Positions 16,775-24,290 of a stretch of DNA of 44,791 nt are shown here, one piece after another. This DNA is from an uncultured Candidatus Saccharibacteria bacterium. GTDB taxonomy: Bacteria; Patescibacteriota; Dojkabacteria; J137. The translations under genes and the position numbers were made by a program. Location of the stretch: NCBI GenBank assembly GCA_964445405.1, contig CAYUKX010000002.1, positions 1 through 44,791 on the forward strand, given 5' to 3'. How positions within the stretch are numbered: the stretch's first letter is position 1; each line of letters starts with the position of its first letter. Under the pieces are notes generated by a model. That model did no database searches. It was not told the origin of the DNA and saw nothing but the letters and a program-made list of their open reading frames with translations.

Positions 16775-17938
16775 TTACGAATCAATAATATTAACCAATT
16801 CTAAATCAACTATTGTTTCTAGGTCTTGGCCTTTATCTGTAAGCCAAATATTATTACTATTCATTTTAATTAGTTTCGCATCTCTAAGTTTATTAATATT
16901 TGTTCTAAAATTTTCAACAAAATTAATCGAGAAGTCATTATTCATTTTTACCAAATCAATTCCTTTTGTAGTTCTTAAATTCAGTAAGATTCTTTCGTTT
17001 AATAAATCATTAGAGGATAGCTGGCTTACGTTTTCTTTTACATCTTTGTTTGAACTAATTAATTCAATGTATTTTTCAAGGTTATTAATATTGTTGTATC
17101 TAATGCTTCCAAACCTAGAATGCGAAGATGCCCCAAATCCTATGTAATCTTGACCACTCCAGATATTTAAATTATGTTTGCATTCTTTTCCTTGCTTAGC
17201 AAAGTTTGAAATTTCGTATTGATTATATTTATTCGCTTTTAAAATCCTTTTTGCAACCTTATACATTTTCCTATCTAAATTTTCTTCCATTTTTTTAAAT
17301 CGACCACGTTTTTCTAGGTACCCAAATATAGAATCGGGATCTACTTCCAGTGAGTAAGTCGAAATATGTGCGGGTTCTAAATCAATTGTTTTCTGTAGAG
17401 TATCTTGCCATGTATTTAAAGTAAGGCCAGGAATTCCAAATATTAAATCTAAATTTATATTTTGAATTTCGGAAGATTTTACAATAGAGTATTTTTCTTT
17501 AAATTCACTAAAGGTATATAAGCGACCCATGAATTTAAGAATATTATCGTCGGTAGATTGTAATCCTATACTAATTCTATTTACCCCAACTTCTATGTAA
17601 TCATTTATTTTTTCTGATGATATTGTTTCTGGATTTGTTTCAATTGAAATTTCGCAATCTGAATCAACTGTGTAGTTTTCTTTAATAAGGTTTATAACTT
17701 CCACAATATAGGGCGAATCCACAAGCGATGGCGTCCCTCCGCCTACGTATATTGTTTTTACATTATAATTTTTAAGTTCTTCTTTGTAGTTTAAAATTTC
17801 TTTTTGAAGAGATTTAAAGTATTCTTCTAAACGCGATTTTCTACCTGGAATTACATAGAAACTGCAAAATCTACACTTAGCTTTGCAATAAGGAATGTGG
17901 AAGTATATGTTTAGGTCTTTCATGCTTGAATTATACAA
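16775..17938 (-). CDS. hemW: Radical SAM heme chaperone HemW / oxygen-independent coproporphyrinogen-III oxidase-like protein
   Basis: YFHIPYCKAKCRFCSF contains the CX3CX2C radical-SAM motif. YVGGGTPS and the HemN_C-like tail are also present. Confidence 0.85.
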   Translation of the reverse strand: MYNSSMKDLNIYFHIPYCKAKCRFCSFYVIPGRKSRLEEYFKSLQKEILNYKEELKNYNVKTIYVGGGTPSLVDSPYIVEVINLIKENYTVDSDCEISIETNPETISSEKINDYIEVGVNRISIGLQSTDDNILKFMGRLYTFSEFKEKYSIVKSSEIQNINLDLIFGIPGLTLNTWQDTLQKTIDLEPAHISTYSLEVDPDSIFGYLEKRGRFKKMEENLDRKMYKVAKRILKANKYNQYEISNFAKQGKECKHNLNIWSGQDYIGFGASSHSRFGSIRYNNINNLEKYIELISSNKDVKENVSQLSSNDLLNERILLNLRTTKGIDLVKMNNDFSINFVENFRTNINKLRDAKLIKMNSNNIWLTDKGQDLETIVDLELVNIIDS

Positions 17939-17985
17939 CTAAGGTTATAGATGTATAATGAATTTATAATTCTTAATTTTATATT

Positions 17986-18384
17986 ATGTCTAGAACTATA
18001 GATAACTTGATGAAGGCCGCGCAAGGTGAAGCATTTGCAAGATTAAAGTACATGGCATTTGCACAAAAAGCTATGCAAGATGGTCATCCTGAAGTGGCTC
18101 AATTATTCGAAGAAGCTGCCGGTGCCGAAACTATACATGGAATAAACCACCTATTTGCAATGGATTTTGTAAAACCCACTAAAGAAAACTTAGGTGCAGC
18201 AGCAGCGGGAGAGCAAGATGAAATTGATGAGATGTACCCTAGAATGGTAGAAGAAGCAAAGAACGATACAGAAATAACAGAAGAACAAAGAGTAAAAGCT
18301 ATTAAAGCTTTCGAGACAGCAATGCAAAGAGAGAAGGCTCACGATGCGATGTTTAAAGATGCTATGCAAAACTTTACTGAATAG
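17986..18384 (+). CDS. Rubrerythrin-family diiron protein (ferritin-like domain only, no rubredoxin domain)
   Basis: It has two E...EXXH half-sites (GEAFARLKY / GAETIHGINH; GEQDEIDEMYP / REKAHDAMF). At 132 aa it lacks the CxxC pairs. Confidence 0.8.
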   Translation: MSRTIDNLMKAAQGEAFARLKYMAFAQKAMQDGHPEVAQLFEEAAGAETIHGINHLFAMDFVKPTKENLGAAAAGEQDEIDEMYPRMVEEAKNDTEITEEQRVKAIKAFETAMQREKAHDAMFKDAMQNFTE

Positions 18385-18396
18385 TATTTAAGGTTT

Positions 18397-18413
18397 GGGG
18401 GCATTCTGCCCCC
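18397..18413. terminator. GC-rich hairpin between convergent rubrerythrin and island-1 ORF
   Basis: GGGGGCA-ttc-TGCCCCC lies 13 nt after the rubrerythrin stop and 6 nt before the minus-strand ORF stop. Confidence 0.65.
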
Positions 18414-18418
18414 ACCTA

Positions 18419-18685
18419 CTAATCTCGAGCGTCCCATTTTTGCCGTGCCCGCTCATTGGCTTTACGGACTGCGTTGTCCGCAATCATGAGGGGGCGGATC
18501 ATCAGCCACAATGCTGCGGCCCACCCATCAAACACTAAAAGGGTCAACTCGACACTTCCCCCTACAAAATTGTTTACAATCACGTAGGGGCCCATTGTAA
18601 GTAGCATTAGTTGTGGCAGGCTCGCGTAGAACCAACCTAGCACCACAGCTAATACGATCAAGAGCTTTACAGTTCTGCCAAGCAT
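18419..18685 (-). CDS. Small (88 aa) two-helix membrane protein encoded in G+C-rich island 1
   Basis: AGGAG sits 5 nt upstream of the ATG. Hydrophobic segments are KLLIVLAVVLGWFYASLPQLMLL and VELTLLVFDGWAAALWLMIRPLMI, with a charged tail. Codon usage (GCG, CGC, CTG, CCC) is unlike the neighbours. Confidence 0.55.
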   Translation of the reverse strand: MLGRTVKLLIVLAVVLGWFYASLPQLMLLTMGPYVIVNNFVGGSVELTLLVFDGWAAALWLMIRPLMIADNAVRKANERARQKWDARD

Positions 18686-18713
18686 TTTAGCTCCTAGACC
18701 TTTGCTTGCTTGA

Positions 18714-18722
18714 ATTATAACA
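18714..18722 (-). promoter_or_regulatory. Extended -10 promoter element for island-1 ORF
   Basis: The minus strand reads TGTTATAAT (TGnTATAAT), ~29 nt upstream of the ATG. There is no good -35. Confidence 0.4.
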
Positions 18723-18816
18723 TCTCTTATTCGATTGGCAGATATAGCTATTCTTTATTGACTTGAATAAGAATTAGTTTTAAACTCAGAATAACTTAAA
18801 TTATTAACTATAAAAC

Positions 18817-19323
18817 ATGAACGATGTAAAATCCTCAGAGCTTTTCCCAAAGCCTGTAGTTAAAACAGGATTCGTTTTTGGAGCAGCGTCAGCTGTATTG
18901 AGCCTATTAGGAGTAATTCCTATTTTAGGTATTTTCTTTGGCTTACTAAATTGGATTGTTGGCCTAGCTTCAGGTTATGTTGTAATAACTACTGTAGGTG
19001 GCAGTAAAGAAAAGCTACCAGAAGTACTAAAACATACTGTTGTCACAGGAGTAATTTCTGGATTAGTATCTGGATTTGGTGGAGGAGTAGCATCTGTTTT
19101 AAATGGATTGCTATTTGCTAGAGTAAGCTTCTTTGGAGTTTATTATACTCCTGGATTAGCTGATTTTATTAGTTGGTTTATAGGGGCATTTATATGGGGA
19201 GTAATTGGAATGGTAATCTGGAACTCAATCGGAGGTATTATTCAAGTTTACTACACACCAGATAAATTACCTGCATCTATAAGAACTCAATTAGATAAAG
19301 TTGTAGCATTCTTAAAAAAGTAA
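18817..19323 (+). CDS. Glycine-rich integral membrane protein, unknown function
   Basis: The 168-aa ORF has about 4 hydrophobic, Gly-rich helices. I recognise no motif. Confidence 0.6.
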   Translation: MNDVKSSELFPKPVVKTGFVFGAASAVLSLLGVIPILGIFFGLLNWIVGLASGYVVITTVGGSKEKLPEVLKHTVVTGVISGLVSGFGGGVASVLNGLLFARVSFFGVYYTPGLADFISWFIGAFIWGVIGMVIWNSIGGIIQVYYTPDKLPASIRTQLDKVVAFLKK

Positions 19324-19382
19324 GGTAAAAGTTTTGTAAGATTTTAAAGGTAGCATTAGTAAAGTAATTATTAAAAAACTTT

Positions 19383-21383
19383 ATGAAAGCTACCTTTCTT
19401 TTTGTCTTTATTGTTTTATTGTTTGGCTACAGTTCAAAAATACAAGCTGATACTAATTTAATAGTAAATGAGATTCTTCCTGATGCCACAGGTGCAGATT
19501 CGGGCAAGGAATATGTAGAACTGTATAATATTAGTGATACTGACATTAATCTAAATAATGCATATCTCATAAATACATCCCAGTCAGGTACATCTAAAAA
19601 AATACTATTACCATCAAGTAAAATATCCGCAAAATCTTATTTCGTTTTTTCTGAGGATCTAAGCTTATTACAAATTAGTAATGGGTTATCACTTGGTAGT
19701 GGAAAAATAGCTTTATACAACGACTTTGCAAAACTTGAACTTTATAATGAAAATGTAATTCTACATGCAGTTAATTACGGAGATTCTAAAGAGGGTATTT
19801 CGTGGGAACTTGATGGCCCAGTCTGTAATAATTTACAATATTCGCAACAAAACAGCGCTGGAGTTTTTAATTCGGTAGGTGCTCAAAATTGCTTTGAAGT
19901 TGTCGAATCTGTTGTTTCTTATCCTGAAGTAAGTATTGCACAACCACTCATAAAATTTTCTTTAGATGGAGTAGTCTGGAGTGATACTATTTCCACATTT
20001 ATTAATAGGGATGTTTATTTTAAATATATAACAGATACAAATTCAGTGCCAAATTCAGTTATATGGTCAGATGCTTATGGAAACGTTATTACATCCCCTT
20101 ATAAATTTAGTTCCGTTTATAACAAAGGGCTAAGTGTAGAAATTGACTACAATAGTCAGTCTGTACAAGCCAAGAGTTTTGATATAAATATTGAAAATAA
20201 TATTTCTAATAAAGTTTTAATAACTGAAGCTTATCCTAGTCCTGATACCGGAGATAGTGAATGGATAGAATTGTACAATAATGATGTTATGACAGTTGAT
20301 TTAGCAAACTATATTCTTGAAGAAAAAAGTTCTAGTGGAGTTACAAATAGACGAATACCAATTGGAAGTTTTTTGCTGGCACCGAAGTCCTATTATGTAA
20401 TTTATGAAGAGGATTTTAATATTAGCCTAAACAATTCAGGAGATGAAATTTACTTAATTGATATTAATAATAATCAAATTGATAAATTCATTTACAAGCA
20501 AGTTCCTAATTCACAATCAGTAGGGCGGAAACTTAACGAAGAGTCTTTCAGTAATGAAACATTTGAATCATTCAGTCCTACACCAAATAAGCCAAATGTA
20601 TTTGGTGAATCTTCAAAACCTGTTTTGACGTATCAATCCCTAGGCAACATTAGCTCGCTTGAAGTAGGGAGTGAGTTCTTATTTAATGTAAATATTGTTA
20701 GCTTTATTGATAGGTATATTTTTATTCAAGATAGTAGTGCAACAATTAAGGCTAAACTTACTGTTCCACTTGAGAGTGATCTTATAAACACATACGTACA
20801 GTTAACTGCAAAAGTAATTAACTTAAACGGTTCAATCAACTTAGAAATTAACCCAGAGAATATTAAGGTGCTTGATTACCTTAACCTTACTCCGTCAATT
20901 ATTTCTGAATTATTACCAACTACTGATTCAATTGGAAGATTAGTGAGTTTTACAGGTGTTATAGACCAAGTATACGACAATCGTGTTAAGGTAAAACTAC
21001 AAGACCAATTGTTTAATGTTTACTTTAATACTCCTGTAAATACTCTTATCATTAAAAAAGGTTCTACAATAAATGTTACAGGCGTTATTGATTACTACAG
21101 AGCATCATACAGAATCATTGCAAATGAATACACTATTCCTGAAGTATTATCAGAATCAATTAGTGTAAGTTATCCAGTATCGTATTTAACTAAAGCAAGC
21201 TCATTAATACCGCAAAGTTACCCTGAAGATAATTCTCGTATTTATTTAGTAGCCTTTGGATATGTTGCACTGCTCTTTATTTTTGTTATTGAAATAGTAA
21301 ATAATAGAAAGTATTTAATTAAAAGATTCAACAAGATAAAAAGTAAAATAAAAATATTTAACAGACCCATGATAAAATATTAG
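19383..21383 (+). CDS. Secreted protein with two lamin-tail domains (LTD), OB-fold-like C-terminal repeats and a C-terminal anchor
   Basis: Signal peptide is MKATFLFVFIVLLFGYSSKIQA. LTD signatures are LIVNEILPDATGADSGKEYVELYNISDTDINL and VLITEAYPSPDTGDSEWIELYNNDVMTVDL. The C-terminus reads IPQSYPEDN + TM + K/R tail. Confidence 0.75.
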   Translation: MKATFLFVFIVLLFGYSSKIQADTNLIVNEILPDATGADSGKEYVELYNISDTDINLNNAYLINTSQSGTSKKILLPSSKISAKSYFVFSEDLSLLQISNGLSLGSGKIALYNDFAKLELYNENVILHAVNYGDSKEGISWELDGPVCNNLQYSQQNSAGVFNSVGAQNCFEVVESVVSYPEVSIAQPLIKFSLDGVVWSDTISTFINRDVYFKYITDTNSVPNSVIWSDAYGNVITSPYKFSSVYNKGLSVEIDYNSQSVQAKSFDINIENNISNKVLITEAYPSPDTGDSEWIELYNNDVMTVDLANYILEEKSSSGVTNRRIPIGSFLLAPKSYYVIYEEDFNISLNNSGDEIYLIDINNNQIDKFIYKQVPNSQSVGRKLNEESFSNETFESFSPTPNKPNVFGESSKPVLTYQSLGNISSLEVGSEFLFNVNIVSFIDRYIFIQDSSATIKAKLTVPLESDLINTYVQLTAKVINLNGSINLEINPENIKVLDYLNLTPSIISELLPTTDSIGRLVSFTGVIDQVYDNRVKVKLQDQLFNVYFNTPVNTLIIKKGSTINVTGVIDYYRASYRIIANEYTIPEVLSESISVSYPVSYLTKASSLIPQSYPEDNSRIYLVAFGYVALLFIFVIEIVNNRKYLIKRFNKIKSKIKIFNRPMIKY

Positions 21384-21385
21384 CC

Positions 21386-21859
21386 ATGCAAGTATATATT
21401 CAATCAAAACAATTCGAAGTTGTAGTTTCACCAAAAAGGTTTGTAAAGGATAAGGTAGTAATGGGTACTTCAACAATAACTATTTTTCAAGCAGAAGATA
21501 GTAAAAAACATCCACGTACAATTTTAGAAGATTGGCTTAAAGAATATGCAAGAAAAGTAATCTCAGATCGTACAAAATTAATTGCTAAGGATCACGGCTT
21601 TGAATATAAAAAAATAAGTATTAGGGAACAGAGTACCCGTTGGGGAAGTTGTTCTAGTGAAAAGAATCTGAATTTTAATTGGAAGCTAATTCTTGCTCCA
21701 TCTAATATTTTAGATTATGTAATAATACACGAGCTTTCACATACAGTAGAAATGAACCATTCAAGATCATTCTGGAATGTAGTACAAAGAGTTATGCCAG
21801 ATTACTTGCAACATAGAAATTGGCTTAGAACAAATGGCGGCTCTCTTAAATTAGAGTAA
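21386..21859 (+). CDS. YgjP-like (DUF45 / M48-related) metal-dependent hydrolase
   Basis: RWGSCSSEKNLNFNWKL and the HEXXH motif in VIIHELSHTVEMNHS are present. Confidence 0.8.
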   Translation: MQVYIQSKQFEVVVSPKRFVKDKVVMGTSTITIFQAEDSKKHPRTILEDWLKEYARKVISDRTKLIAKDHGFEYKKISIREQSTRWGSCSSEKNLNFNWKLILAPSNILDYVIIHELSHTVEMNHSRSFWNVVQRVMPDYLQHRNWLRTNGGSLKLE

Positions 21860-21862
21860 AAA

Positions 21863-21886
21863 AAAGCCCTCCTTTCGGAGGGCTTT
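21863..21886. terminator. Bidirectional intrinsic terminator
   Basis: AAAGCCCTCC-tttc-GGAGGGCTTT is flanked by an A-run and a T-run. It lies between convergent genes. Confidence 0.8.
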
Positions 21887-21890
21887 AAAT

Positions 21891-24221
21891 TTATTTCTCA
21901 GCTTTTTCCTTTAACTTTTTCTCAGCTTTGTTTTCGTAGCTTGAAGTAAAGTTACTATACATATTAGTTAGGAAATTAGTTTTGCTACCTAATCCAAATT
22001 TCATTGAAAGGTAACCCCCTAATATAAACAATGTTCCTATTATTAGTAATCTTGCGTCATCTTCTAATGCTGTTTGTGGAATTACTGGAATTACACTACA
22101 ACCATTTGTACATGTTGATGCTGTACATCCATTCAAAATACACTTGTTTGCTGAACAACTATGATTATTAGGACATTCACTGTTTGTAGTACATGGTCCT
22201 CCACATAATGGAACACAACCGTTTGTACATGTAGAACCTGTACATCCATTTAGTACACACTTGTTACTTACACAACTATGGTTGTTAGGACACTGTGAAT
22301 TTGTTGTACAACTTGATCCGCAAACTGGAACTGTTGGTGTACATGTATTGTCTGAACAATTACCTGGTGTTAAGCAAGTATTCAATTTACACACATTTGC
22401 ATCACAAGTATGACCTTGTGGACATAAGTTATTAGTTGAATTACATGATGCTCCACAGGCAACTTCTACAGGACAAGCTCCACCAGATGCTGCAGCTTCG
22501 CAGTTAGAATTTGACGTCCAACCACTTGGGCAAGATGTTCCATTAAACTGTTGATTTTCACAAGCATTTGCATCTGTAGTGCCAACTGTACATCTGTAAC
22601 ACTGTATTGTTGGTTCAGTACAAGTTAATGTGTTTACAGTTAACGTATTAGTATATAAATTTGGTATTCCTAAGAATGCAACTCTAACGTAATAAGTTTT
22701 TGCAGGATCAATTGTATAAGGTGAACCGTTCATTGTAAATCCAGTAGGTGCTACAGTTTGGTTAGTTCCTAGTGCAATGAATTTTGTACCTCTGCTAGCT
22801 ACTGCAAAGTCATTTCTGTCACTTATATCAACTGCATAAGCATGTCCTGATGCATTATTTGCGTTTCCAGTTACAGTATTCCAGTTGATAGTTATTTGAT
22901 TACTATTTGCTACACATGCTGCAGCTCCACTTACTGTTGGGGTTTCAACTGGACAAACTCCACCTGTTGCAGCCGTTTCGCAACTTGAGTTATTAGTCCA
23001 ACCTGTTGGGCAAGATGTACCATCAAATTGTTGATTTTCACAAGCATTGCCATCTAGTGTTCCAGTAGTACATCTATAACAAGTTATCTTTGGTATTTCT
23101 ACTGCACAGGCACCACCAGTTGCAGCAGTTGAACATACAGAGTTTGTAGTCCAACCAGTTGGGCAAGACGTACCACTTACAGTTTGGCTAGTACATGTAT
23201 TACCATCGTTTGTTACATCAGTACATTTATAACAAGTTGTTTGTACAGTTAAATTACATAATTGTTGAAGTTGTGCTGGTGTAGGATTTTGACCATTTAG
23301 TAAAACATAACTATTGTATTGATCTCTATCAACGCACTTAGCAGTTGTTAATTGTGCAGCTCCTGCACCTGTAATTGGTGCACAGTATGTTGTATCACTT
23401 ACATTTGGTCTTGAGTTTGTACATGCTGGACCAACAATATATCTACATTCAGATTTACCATCAGCACATAAGCCTACACTTGCATTACATGTTTGACCGC
23501 AAGTTCTACCTGCTGAACAGTCGCAATTTGCACCAAAAATAGTTTTTCCAACAGGACAAAATACATTTGCACATTTCTTAACTCCACCACCTTCATCTCT
23601 ACAAACTACTGTTCCTCCGTTTGCAGCACCTTTACAATCAGCATCGCTATTACATGTTTCCCCGCATACTCTTTGAGTTGGTGCACATTGATTATTACAG
23701 TTTGAGCTTGTATAAGTTCCATTTGTATCATCTCTTACACAAGAATTACTACTACATTTATATTTAGGTGTTGCTTGGTTACAATCCCCAGTATAGTAAA
23801 CAATATAGTCTATTAGTCCACTATTATAGTCATTGCTATTGAATACGTCTATTTGAACAGTAACTCCACACTCACCTGTAGGAACGGATTCAGAAGTTGT
23901 GAATCCATTGTTTTCCCAGAATGGTGTAGCACCACCGCCTCCGCACTCATCATGTCTTCCAGTACACTTAAACATTTTTACAGAAGCTACACTATTACTA
24001 CAAGATGTTCCTGTACATTTACGAGCAGGACAAGTAGACCCACCACCCGAACAACCAATTCCTGTACCACAGCAGTTAGTAAATGCTGATCCAGTAAATG
24101 CACCTGTTTCTGTAGGCGCTTGGCTTTCTTGAAGCTTTACAGTTACGTAAATACTTACACCCGCAAGTATTACCGTAAGGAAAATTAATATTGCTAGGGT
24201 GATCTTTTTTCGGTTTGACAT
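21891..24221 (-). CDS. Large cysteine-rich modular surface protein (N-terminal signal-anchor, three 6-Cys modules, FN3-like insert, knottin-like C-terminal repeats, C-terminal anchor)
   Basis: N-terminal helix is ITLAILIFLTVILAGVSIYV. Three ~48-aa modules read TCY(K/R)CT....D.N.C..Q...GTSCP(T/S)GWT.NS.C..AA.GG.CPVE. The repeats CG.(S/P)CTTNS(Q/E)CPNNHSC..NKC(V/I)LNGCT.STCTNGC follow. The C-terminus is IPQTALEDD + TM. Confidence 0.85.
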   Translation of the reverse strand: MSNRKKITLAILIFLTVILAGVSIYVTVKLQESQAPTETGAFTGSAFTNCCGTGIGCSGGGSTCPARKCTGTSCSNSVASVKMFKCTGRHDECGGGGATPFWENNGFTTSESVPTGECGVTVQIDVFNSNDYNSGLIDYIVYYTGDCNQATPKYKCSSNSCVRDDTNGTYTSSNCNNQCAPTQRVCGETCNSDADCKGAANGGTVVCRDEGGGVKKCANVFCPVGKTIFGANCDCSAGRTCGQTCNASVGLCADGKSECRYIVGPACTNSRPNVSDTTYCAPITGAGAAQLTTAKCVDRDQYNSYVLLNGQNPTPAQLQQLCNLTVQTTCYKCTDVTNDGNTCTSQTVSGTSCPTGWTTNSVCSTAATGGACAVEIPKITCYRCTTGTLDGNACENQQFDGTSCPTGWTNNSSCETAATGGVCPVETPTVSGAAACVANSNQITINWNTVTGNANNASGHAYAVDISDRNDFAVASRGTKFIALGTNQTVAPTGFTMNGSPYTIDPAKTYYVRVAFLGIPNLYTNTLTVNTLTCTEPTIQCYRCTVGTTDANACENQQFNGTSCPSGWTSNSNCEAAASGGACPVEVACGASCNSTNNLCPQGHTCDANVCKLNTCLTPGNCSDNTCTPTVPVCGSSCTTNSQCPNNHSCVSNKCVLNGCTGSTCTNGCVPLCGGPCTTNSECPNNHSCSANKCILNGCTASTCTNGCSVIPVIPQTALEDDARLLIIGTLFILGGYLSMKFGLGSKTNFLTNMYSNFTSSYENKAEKKLKEKAEK
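22092..22322 (-). repeat. Two tandem ~38-aa eight-cysteine (knottin/EGF-like) units
   Basis: The units are CGSSCTTNSQCPNNHSCVSNKCVLNGCTGSTCTNGC and CGGPCTTNSECPNNHSCSANKCILNGCTASTCTNGC. Confidence 0.85.
22461..22604 (-). repeat. Third copy of the six-cysteine module, after the FN3-like insert
   Basis: Residues 540-587 read QCYRCTVGTTDANACENQQFNGTSCPSGWTSNSNCEAAASGGACPVE. Confidence 0.85.
22938..23237 (-). repeat. Two tandem ~50-aa six-cysteine modules (coding repeat)
   Basis: Residues 329-378 and 380-428 of the 776-aa protein align position for position. Confidence 0.85.
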
Positions 24222-24290
24222 ATATTAGTCCACTGTAAAGTAATTTATAGTTAGTATTTCAAAATTTGATGTACATGTCAATTTTATAGG

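Noticed and set aside
18385-18700. The three G+C-rich islands (also 36365-36840 and 37560-37960) could be known structured RNAs such as RNase P RNA, tmRNA, SRP RNA or 6S RNA. That is the usual reason for G+C spikes in AT-rich genomes.
   Set aside because: I could not find the RNase P GGAAAGTCCGG core, the tmRNA GGGG..TTCGAC 5' end or the TCCACCA 3' end, or the SRP GGAAG/AGCAG motif. Each island has SD + start + TM-like ORF. This is not fully excluded; an Infernal/Rfam scan is needed.
22092-23237. Regularly spaced repeats might suggest a CRISPR array or a satellite.
   Set aside because: The repeats are in-frame protein modules of 38-50 aa inside one long ORF. Their divergence is at the nucleotide level and there is no spacer/repeat architecture.
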